Shown: positions 19,602 through 27,017 of the stretch, piece by piece
Layout: every line of letters begins with the position of its first letter
Numbering within the stretch: the first letter of the stretch is position 1
Notes under the pieces: generated by a model
The model's database searches: none
Told to the model about the DNA's origin: nothing
Seen by the model: only the letters and a program-made list of their open reading frames with translations
NCBI GenBank assembly: GCA_963662315.1
Contig: OY759353.1
Coordinates: 4,064,001 to 4,128,000 of the forward strand
Origin: Geopsychrobacteraceae bacterium
Lineage (GTDB): Bacteria > Desulfobacterota > Desulfuromonadia > Desulfuromonadales > Geopsychrobacteraceae
DNA length: 64,000 bases
Direction: 5' to 3'
Position numbers and translations under genes: made by a program

Positions 19602-20363
19602 ATGCTGAATATTATTCGAGAACGACTGCGCCAGGGGCATCGGACCAGCAAGTTCCCTAAGCAGGCTCCCAAACTTTCCGATCGTTTCCGTGGTCGTCCG
19701 CTTATAACTGCTAACTTGAGCCACACTGCTTGTTCAGTCGCGGTTTCGGCCTGTCCGTTTACGGCACTTAGTTACGCTGACAACTGTCTGCAGCTGGATC
19801 TGGGACGTTGCCTGTTCTGCGCGGACTGTCCTGCCGTTGCCTTGGGGGCTCTCTCGTTCACCGGCAATCATCAGCTGGCGGTCAGGAAGCGGGAAGATCT
19901 GGTCCTTTACGATGAAACCTACCGCTTGGCGGACAAACTCGATAAGCAGATGCACAAGCTGTTTGGCCGCTCGCTTAAATTACGCCAGGTTTCAGCCGGC
20001 GGCTGTAATGCCTGTGAAGCCGATCTGAACGTGCTTGGAACCCTGGTTTTTGACCTTGGTCGTTTCGGGATTCAGTTTGTCGCTTCACCGCGTCACGCTG
20101 ATGGTATGATGGTGACCGGGCCGGTGACGGAAAATATGAAGAGCGCGTTGCTTGACACTTATGCGGCAATTCCTGATCCGAAGCTGGTGATTGCTTCCGG
20201 GGCCTGTGCCATCGGTGGTGGTCCGTTTTGTGGCAGCCCTGAAGTCCATGATGGGAGTGGCGGCATTGGGGATCTGCTGCCGGTTGATCTTTATATTCCC
20301 GGCTGCCCGCCGCACCCCTACACGGCGCTGGATGGTTTGCTGCGGCTGTTAGGACGGATCTAG
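19602..20363 (+). CDS. ehrS: Ehr small subunit (ferredoxin-like domain fused to NuoB/HycG-like domain)
   Basis: ACPF and CLFCADC; GGCNACE, ASPRHAD, GACAIGGG, IPGCPPHP. Confidence 0.85.
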   Translation: MLNIIRERLRQGHRTSKFPKQAPKLSDRFRGRPLITANLSHTACSVAVSACPFTALSYADNCLQLDLGRCLFCADCPAVALGALSFTGNHQLAVRKREDLVLYDETYRLADKLDKQMHKLFGRSLKLRQVSAGGCNACEADLNVLGTLVFDLGRFGIQFVASPRHADGMMVTGPVTENMKSALLDTYAAIPDPKLVIASGACAIGGGPFCGSPEVHDGSGGIGDLLPVDLYIPGCPPHPYTALDGLLRLLGRI

Positions 20364-20367
20364 GCGA

Positions 20368-20392
20368 TTGCCATCCGCCCCTAGGATGGCAA
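20368..20392. terminator. Stem-loop between convergent ehrS and SDR genes
   Basis: TTGCCATCC / GGATGGCAA 9-bp inverted repeat. Confidence 0.55.
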
Positions 20393-20453
20393 CCGGGAAA
20401 CATTTTTTTACACAGTTTCTGCTTCGGAAATGGACTGTTTCAGGGCAGAAACT

Positions 20454-21194
20454 TTAATACACTGCGCGCCCCCCCGAAACATCAAATACAAAGCCGGTCG
20501 TAAAACTGCAGTCGGGGCTGGCGATGAAGGCCGCCATACGGGCAACATCCTCAATCTGAACCGCCCTGCCCATCGGAATTTTTGCGGTCATAGTTTTAAT
20601 GTGCTCTTCGGTCATTTGCGCGAAGAGCTCAGTTTCTGTCATAGCCGGGGCAATGGCATTGACAAGGATACCACTGGTTGCCAGTTCTCGGGCGATACTT
20701 TTGGTAAAAGCGATAACCCCGCCTTTGGCCGCTGCGTAGGCGGATATTCCTGGAACGCCTTCTTTTCCCGCCATGGATGCAATATTAATGATGCGCCCGG
20801 ACTGACGAGCCTGCATATCCGGCAGGACCGTTCGGGTACAGTAAAAGACACCAGTCAGATTAATCGCCAGGACCCTGTCCCAGGCTTCAAGAGGGTACTC
20901 CGTGCATGCGACAACGGGACCGTTGATCCCGGCGTTATTGATCAGGATATCAACCTTGCCAAGGGCTTTTACGGTTTCCCGATAGGCGTTCTCAACACTG
21001 GCAAGATCAGCAATATTGGCTTTCTGGACGAAAGCTGGTTTGAAACCGGCCTTCTCCTCTTCAAATGCGGCGCTGTTTATATCCCACAGGGCAACCTGGC
21101 AGCCCCGGGCATTCAGTTCCCGAGCAATGCCAAGCCCAATACCGCGAATTCCACCAGTGATAATAGCTGTCTGGCCGGCAAGATTTTGTTCCAT
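20454..21194 (-). CDS. Short-chain dehydrogenase/reductase
   Basis: TGGIRGIG, NNAGI, YAAAK catalytic motif; AAGGAG RBS before ATG 21194. Confidence 0.92.
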   Translation of the reverse strand: MEQNLAGQTAIITGGIRGIGLGIARELNARGCQVALWDINSAAFEEEKAGFKPAFVQKANIADLASVENAYRETVKALGKVDILINNAGINGPVVACTEYPLEAWDRVLAINLTGVFYCTRTVLPDMQARQSGRIINIASMAGKEGVPGISAYAAAKGGVIAFTKSIARELATSGILVNAIAPAMTETELFAQMTEEHIKTMTAKIPMGRAVQIEDVARMAAFIASPDCSFTTGFVFDVSGGRAVY

Positions 21195-21274
21195 TACGAC
21201 TGTCTCCTTGTGTTCGACATGAATCAGCGCGTGTATCTGCGGGAGTGATAGTCTGCCTATGCAATGATTGCAGG

Positions 21275-21313
21275 TGAGGTACAAGTGTATGCTTGTTTAA
21301 CCTGAGGTACAAG
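21275..21313. promoter_or_regulatory. Candidate operator between divergent SDR and GntR genes
   Basis: TGAGGTACAAG at 21275 and 21303; palindrome ACAAG-N6-CTTGT at 21281-21296. Confidence 0.45.
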
Positions 21314-21401
21314 CGCAATAATGCAATGTTGGGATAAAATTTATGACATAAAGCTCTCAGTAGGATATTGTGAGATAAAAAACAGGAAAGGATGGGGATC
21401 G

Positions 21402-22142
21402 ATGGCCAGAATACTTTCTGCGGAACAGATGAAAACCATAGCGAGAAAACGCCCTAAATCTTTGGTTGTTGATGTTGCCGAAACAATCCGAAGCATGATT
21501 TTCAGGCGCGAATTCAAACTGGGAGAAATGCTTTCCGAAGAACAGATTGCCGCATCCATGAACATCAGCCGGACGCCGGTACGTGAGGCATTTTCCATGC
21601 TTCAACTGGAAGGGTTGATTGTTATCCTGCCGCAGCGTGGCAGCTTTGTGTTTACCATCGGTTCCGATGACCTGGGGGAACTTATTCAGTATCGGCTGAT
21701 TCTGGAACAGCAGGCGATGACGCTTGCCATCAACTATGATCTGGTCAACGCCCGTAACTCGCTGAGTGATATTCTCAAGCTGCTGGCCGAGGCCAAGAGT
21801 CTGAATGATCCTCTAGCTTATGCTGAAGCGGATACCCGGTTCCATGAGGTTTTTTTTGATTATTGCGGTAACCATTATCTCAAGCAGGCCTATGCGATGG
21901 CGTCCGGCAAGATAGCTGCTTTAAGAGCACACCTTTCTGAGCCTCTGGAAATCCATAAGAAGCCTTCCTATGAAGAACATAATCAGATCGCTGAGGCGTT
22001 CGGCAAGGGGGATCTGTCACGCGCTCTGGATATTTTGACGCGCCATATTGTGGTGATGGAGGACAATTACAAAAAGGCGCTGGTCGCGCTTGAACAGCTC
22101 GATGAGAACCGCGGACAAAAACAGGCTGTCCTTTCTCCCTAA
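21402..22142 (+). CDS. GntR family regulator (FCD domain)
   Basis: wHTH ISRTPVREAF..PQRGSFV; ADTRFHE and EEHNQI FCD motifs. Confidence 0.9.
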   Translation: MARILSAEQMKTIARKRPKSLVVDVAETIRSMIFRREFKLGEMLSEEQIAASMNISRTPVREAFSMLQLEGLIVILPQRGSFVFTIGSDDLGELIQYRLILEQQAMTLAINYDLVNARNSLSDILKLLAEAKSLNDPLAYAEADTRFHEVFFDYCGNHYLKQAYAMASGKIAALRAHLSEPLEIHKKPSYEEHNQIAEAFGKGDLSRALDILTRHIVVMEDNYKKALVALEQLDENRGQKQAVLSP

Positions 22143-22211
22143 AGAGAACGGAGCTGAGATCCCTGACAGTGACAAAATCAGGGGCTGCTGGAAGTGTTGA
22201 AGATTCCCTGG

Positions 22212-22239
22212 TTGACAAAAGTTTAAATTTACCTATAAA
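22212..22239 (+). promoter_or_regulatory. Sigma70-like promoter of the ilvB leader
   Basis: TTGACA (22212) then TATAAA (22234), 16-nt spacer. Confidence 0.55.
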
Positions 22240-22266
22240 TATCTTTGCACACAAGGAGATGCCAAC

Positions 22267-22323
22267 ATGTTGAACAGCATAGCAACATTCATTCTTGTAC
22301 TAGTCGTGGTCGTCGTTAACTGA
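22267..22323 (+). CDS. Ile/Leu/Val-rich leader peptide MLNSIATFILVLVVVVVN
   Basis: AAGGAG RBS; 11 of 18 codons are Ile/Leu/Val, including a run of 9; lies directly upstream of ilvB. Confidence 0.85.
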   Translation: MLNSIATFILVLVVVVVN

Positions 22324-22392
22324 CGACTCGGCTCAATCTTCGACGTATCGAGGGAGCTCGGGTTTTTGTCCTGCGCTCCCTTTTCTGTTTTT
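22302..22392 (+). promoter_or_regulatory. Transcription attenuator (pause, antiterminator and terminator hairpins)
   Basis: 1:2 GTCGTC/GACGAC; 2:3 ACTCGGCTC with GAGC(T)CGGGT; 3:4 AGGGAGC/GCTCCCT followed by TTTCTGTTTTT. Confidence 0.8.
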
Positions 22393-22448
22393 AAGGACCG
22401 CATGACAACCAGCTTCATGCGGTCTTTTTTATTAACAGGAGGAAATGG

Positions 22449-24122
22449 ATGAAAAACGGTGCACAGATTTTGCTCGAATGCCTCAAGCTGGAAGGGGTAG
22501 ATACGATTTTCGGTTATCCGGGAGCACGGACCCTGTTGCTCCATGACGCACTTATGGATGATCCGGATATTCGACATATTCTGGTGCGACATGAGCAGGC
22601 GGCGGCGCACGCCGCCGATGGCTATGCCCGCACGACCGGCAAGGTTGGGGTTTGTCTGACCACTTCCGGGCCCGGAGCCACCAATCTGGTCACCGGTATT
22701 GCCACCGCCTATATGGATTCGGTGCCGATTGTGGCCTTAACCGGCCAGGTGACGACCAGAGATATTGGTAACGACGCCTTCCAGGAAGCTGATATTGCCG
22801 GTATCACCCGCCCGATCAGCAAGCATAACTATATTGTTACCGATATTAAGGATCTGGCCCGTATAGTTCGTGAGGCCTTTTATATTGCCCGGACCAGAAG
22901 ACCGGGACCGGTGGTTATTGATCTGCCCAGTGATGTTATTGCCGCTTTGAGCACAGACAGTATTCCGCAGCAGGTGACACGGCGTGGTTATCAGGAGCGG
23001 CCCCAGTTGAACAGCAAGCAGATCCAGCGCGCTGCGGCACTGATCAATAAGGCCAAGAAACCCCTTATCTATGCCGGTGGCGGAGTTGTCCAGGCCAATT
23101 CTGCAGCGTTACTGCGGGGCGTGGCTGAAAAAGGGCAGATTCCGGTGACCCACACCCTGATGGGGATTGGGCTTATGGACCCGCATTCACCACTTTCCGT
23201 GGGGATGCTGGGCATGTATGGGGCCTGGTATGCCAATATGGCCGTGAATCAATGCGATTGCCTGATTGCCATCGGTGCTCGCTTTGATGACCGGGTAACG
23301 GGGAAGGTCGAAGCCTTTGCTCCCAACGCCAGAATTATCCATTTTGATATCGATCCGGCCAGTATCCACAAGGTGGTTCAGGACGGGCTGCCAATAGTGT
23401 GTGACGCCGCTGAAGCGTTGCTTAATCTGCAGGAATTGATTGACGCTAAAGATCGCAGTAAATGGCTGAAGGAAATCGCAACCTTTAAAGAACGTGGTCC
23501 TTTACCACGCCATGAGCGTGACCATCTGATGCCGCATGAGATTATGGACGCCCTGCATGAGGCTGCCGGAGATAACCCGGTGGTGGCTTCCGATGTCGGT
23601 TTGTCGCAGATGTGGGTTGCCAATTATTATCCCTTCAATCAGCCGCGTCAGTACATTACCAGCGGTGGCCTCGGGACGATGGGCTATGCTTTGCCGGCAG
23701 CTCTTGGGGCGGCGGTCGGTAGCCCGGAACGACCGATATTTGCTATCAACGGCGATGGTGCCTTCCAGATGAACTGCCAGGAGCTGGCGACCTGTTCGCA
23801 ATACGGAATTCCGGTCAAATGTATCATTCTCAATAACGGCAAGCTGGGGATGGTGCGGCAGTTTCAGACCTTATTCCTGGGCTCACGTTATGCTTCTACC
23901 AATCTGGAAGCCAAGGTTGATTTCTGTATGGTGGCCAGAGGGTTCGGCGTCCAAAGTCGCGCGGTCAAAGGGCTGGCCGAGTTTCGCGAGGCTCTGAAAT
24001 GGGCGGTGGAATACCCCGGCCCGGTCGTCTTGGACGTTGATATTCATCCCGATACCTATGCTTTTCCCATGGTACCGCCGGGAAAGGAAGCGACCGAGAT
24101 GATTTTTAATGCTGAAGAATAA
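22449..24122 (+). CDS. ilvB: Acetolactate synthase large subunit
   Basis: RHEQAAAHAADGYAR, TSGPGATNLVTGIA, RFDDRVTG, SGGLGTMGY, ThDP motif GDGAFQMN..NN..GMVRQ. Confidence 0.93.
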   Translation: MKNGAQILLECLKLEGVDTIFGYPGARTLLLHDALMDDPDIRHILVRHEQAAAHAADGYARTTGKVGVCLTTSGPGATNLVTGIATAYMDSVPIVALTGQVTTRDIGNDAFQEADIAGITRPISKHNYIVTDIKDLARIVREAFYIARTRRPGPVVIDLPSDVIAALSTDSIPQQVTRRGYQERPQLNSKQIQRAAALINKAKKPLIYAGGGVVQANSAALLRGVAEKGQIPVTHTLMGIGLMDPHSPLSVGMLGMYGAWYANMAVNQCDCLIAIGARFDDRVTGKVEAFAPNARIIHFDIDPASIHKVVQDGLPIVCDAAEALLNLQELIDAKDRSKWLKEIATFKERGPLPRHERDHLMPHEIMDALHEAAGDNPVVASDVGLSQMWVANYYPFNQPRQYITSGGLGTMGYALPAALGAAVGSPERPIFAINGDGAFQMNCQELATCSQYGIPVKCIILNNGKLGMVRQFQTLFLGSRYASTNLEAKVDFCMVARGFGVQSRAVKGLAEFREALKWAVEYPGPVVLDVDIHPDTYAFPMVPPGKEATEMIFNAEE

Positions 24123-24135
24123 GGTGGTTAGAGTC

Positions 24136-24891
24136 ATGAACTATAATGTGCTGAATCATCACCTGATAGCAGAGCGCTACTTTTTCCCGCTACGGGGTCA
24201 ATTCAAAGATCCTTTCTGGATAGACTGCGGTGATGCGCAACTGGCCTGCAGCTATCATCACTTCAATGAGCAGGGGAAAACCCTGCTTCATTTCCATGGT
24301 AACGGGGAAATTGTTGATGACTGGCTTGAGGTCTTTCCAGCGTTCTGCAAGGCGATTGGTTGTAATCTGTTGCTGGCCGAATACCGTGGCTACGGCCAAT
24401 CGAGCGGTAATCCGGAACTGGGGAAAATGCTGGATGATGTCGCCATTATCATTGAGGCACTGGCTTTACCTGAGTCACAGCTGATTGTTTTTGGACGCAG
24501 TGTCGGGTCAATTTTTGCTGTGGAGGCGGTGTCCAGGTATCCGGCTATTGGCGGGCTGGTTATTGAGAGTGGTATTGCCGATGTTCGGGAGCGTTTATTA
24601 TTGCGAGTGTCCCCGGACGAAATCGGAGTCACCATGGCAGACTTTGATAGGGTGGTGGATGAATCTCTCAATCATCAAAAGAAGCTGGCCGGTTATCCTG
24701 GACCTGTACTGATACTGCATACGCAACATGACGGTATCGTTGCTGTTGATCATGCTAAACAGCTGTATCAGTGGGTGCGCGGGAGGAAGGAAATCAACAT
24801 TTTTGAGCATGGAAACCATAATGACATCATGTTTGAAAATGCGCGGGAATATTTTTCAATTATCCATGATTTTATAGCGACACTCGACTGA
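24136..24891 (+). CDS. Alpha/beta hydrolase (ABHD13/17-like)
   Basis: FHGNGE, EYRGYG, GRSVG nucleophile elbow, GNHND. Confidence 0.85.
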   Translation: MNYNVLNHHLIAERYFFPLRGQFKDPFWIDCGDAQLACSYHHFNEQGKTLLHFHGNGEIVDDWLEVFPAFCKAIGCNLLLAEYRGYGQSSGNPELGKMLDDVAIIIEALALPESQLIVFGRSVGSIFAVEAVSRYPAIGGLVIESGIADVRERLLLRVSPDEIGVTMADFDRVVDESLNHQKKLAGYPGPVLILHTQHDGIVAVDHAKQLYQWVRGRKEINIFEHGNHNDIMFENAREYFSIIHDFIATLD

Positions 24892-25443
24892 ATTTATAAC
24901 GTAGTAAAGAGAGTTTGTCCTATTATTTGAATTTAGGGATTTTTTGCTGTTTTAGGTCCGAAATATGAAAATAATATTTGCCATACCGGGTTTGTTCTGG
25001 CTATGATTTGTGGCGTTTTTATTTTTCGGAAAAGGTTACCTTTGGATATATACCACTTGTTCGTCAATTTGAACCGGTCGCTCGAGTTGACCTGTCCTTG
25101 CCATAGGTTTCTGTTGATTAAGCCAATCGTCCTGTGCTCGAATTAACTTCGCGTATGATGTTAATAGGCGTTCATGCAAAGATGCTTGTCAGGATTTACG
25201 GATAAGTCGGATCACGGTTTATTTTTTTTCGGGTGATCCACTCAACGGAGATGTTGAACAGGTTGACGGCATGGGGAATTTGCCAGATGAGTCTGCATTC
25301 AGAAATACCTGAAGTATGCGAGTTGGTCGTATGCTTTTACAGTAATTTTATCGACGTGTCGTTTTCTTTGGTGAAATAAAGACAGACATGTAAGGCTTGG
25401 CTTTTTTAAGTCTATTACGTTCATAACAAGAGGAGAGTAGTAC

Positions 25444-26709
25444 ATGGATATTTTGGCATTAAACTGCGGAAGTTCATCCGTTAAATACCAGCTTTACAAC
25501 TGGGATGAGAAAAAAGTTGTTGCCCAGGGGATGGTTGAGCGCGTCACCATCGGCGATTCTTACATTGTTCATGAAGTCACAGGCCGGGACAAGTATCGTG
25601 AAGAGTACGAGTGCCCTGATCATACCGTCGCTGTTCAATTGATCATCAAGACTCTGACGAATAAAGAAGTTGGTGTTGTTAAAGATATGTCGCAAATTTC
25701 AGCTGTTGGTCACCGTCTGGTTCACGGTGGTGAGAAGTTTACCTGCAGCGTCATGATTGATGACGAAGTTCTCAACACCATCAAGGAATTTTCTCATCTC
25801 GCTCCACTGCATAATCCGGCAAATATTGCCGGTGTTGAAGCAGCCAAATCAGTTCTTCCCAATGTTCCACACGTTGCTATTTTCGACACCGCTTTCCATC
25901 AGACCATGCCGGAAAAAGCTTATACCTATCCGGTTCCGTTTGAGTGGTATGAAAAGCACGGTGTGCGTCGCTATGGTTTCCATGGTACCAGTCACCTGTA
26001 TGTTTCCAAGCGTGCTGCCGTGTTGCTTGGCAAGGATCCTAAAGACTGTAACCTGGTGACTATGCACATTGGTAACGGTGCTTCCCACGCAGCGATCCAG
26101 AACGGTATCTGTGTTGATACCTCAATGGGCCTGACTCCGCTGGAAGGTGCTGTCATGGGGACCCGTTGTGGCGATATCGATCCGGCTATTCCTGCTTTCA
26201 TTCAGCAGGTTGAAGGACTCAGCGCTAAAGAGATCGATACTGTTCTCAACAAGCAGTCAGGTATCCTCGGTATCACCGGTAAGTATGCTGACCGTCGTGA
26301 TGTTGAAGATGGTGCTAAAGAGGGCGATGCCCGCTGCCAGTTGGCGTTGGATGTCGAGTGCTACCGCCTGAGAAAATATATCGGCGCTTACTTTGCTGCC
26401 GTTGGTCGCCTTGATGCAGTTGTCTTTACCGCTGGCGTTGGGGAGATGGGCTGCATTATTCGTGAAAAAGCTCTTGAAGGTCTCGAACACCTGGGGATTA
26501 TTCTGGACAAAGAAGTTAACGCCAAGACCAGAACCCGTAAGGCTGAAACCATGATCACCACCCCAGACTCACCGATCAAGGTTTTTGTTATCCCGACCAA
26601 CGAGGAACTGGTCTTTATCGAGGACGTTGTTGCAATCCTCGAAGGCACCTATACTGACCATATGAACTTCAAATATTCTTTTGCCGATAAGAGCTTCAAA
26701 ATCGGCTAA
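25444..26709 (+). CDS. ackA: Acetate kinase
   Basis: LNCGSSSVKY, GHRLVHGG, APLHNP, FDTAFH, RRYGFHGTSH, PTNEE. Confidence 0.97.
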   Translation: MDILALNCGSSSVKYQLYNWDEKKVVAQGMVERVTIGDSYIVHEVTGRDKYREEYECPDHTVAVQLIIKTLTNKEVGVVKDMSQISAVGHRLVHGGEKFTCSVMIDDEVLNTIKEFSHLAPLHNPANIAGVEAAKSVLPNVPHVAIFDTAFHQTMPEKAYTYPVPFEWYEKHGVRRYGFHGTSHLYVSKRAAVLLGKDPKDCNLVTMHIGNGASHAAIQNGICVDTSMGLTPLEGAVMGTRCGDIDPAIPAFIQQVEGLSAKEIDTVLNKQSGILGITGKYADRRDVEDGAKEGDARCQLALDVECYRLRKYIGAYFAAVGRLDAVVFTAGVGEMGCIIREKALEGLEHLGIILDKEVNAKTRTRKAETMITTPDSPIKVFVIPTNEELVFIEDVVAILEGTYTDHMNFKYSFADKSFKIG

Positions 26710-26758
26710 TAAAGAATAATACGTGCATCAATCGCAGGGTTACCTGCTGCGATTTTCA

Positions 26759-26799
26759 CGTCCGCCTGGGTTGGCGAGCCAACCCGGGCGGACGGTTTT
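26759..26799 (+). terminator. Rho-independent terminator after ackA
   Basis: CGTCCGCCTGGGTTGG / CCAACCCGGGCGGACG stem followed by GTTTT. Confidence 0.7.
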
Positions 26800-27017
26800 C
26801 AATGAAAAGAGAGAGGCGGCGTTGTTGCTGCGCATAGTTTGAGATCCTGTGTGAAAGCCTATTCTTCTGCGGGGCTAACCAGCTTACCTTGCTACATCAA
26901 TTCAATGTGATGGTGTTTTTTGTAAAATTTTTATCATTTTGTGGCACTGCGTCACAGGAACAATAACGTCCATTTCTAACTGATGCCTGCCCGACTGGCA
27001 CGCAAGAGGAAGGTTTT

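Noticed and set aside
18069..20363. NiFe hydrogenase-4 or formate hydrogenlyase call
   Set aside because: Both Ni-binding CxxC motifs are missing and no fdh or maturation genes are adjacent.
20430..21248. 272-aa plus-strand ORF opposite the SDR
   Set aside because: Typical antisense shadow; the minus strand carries all the SDR motifs.
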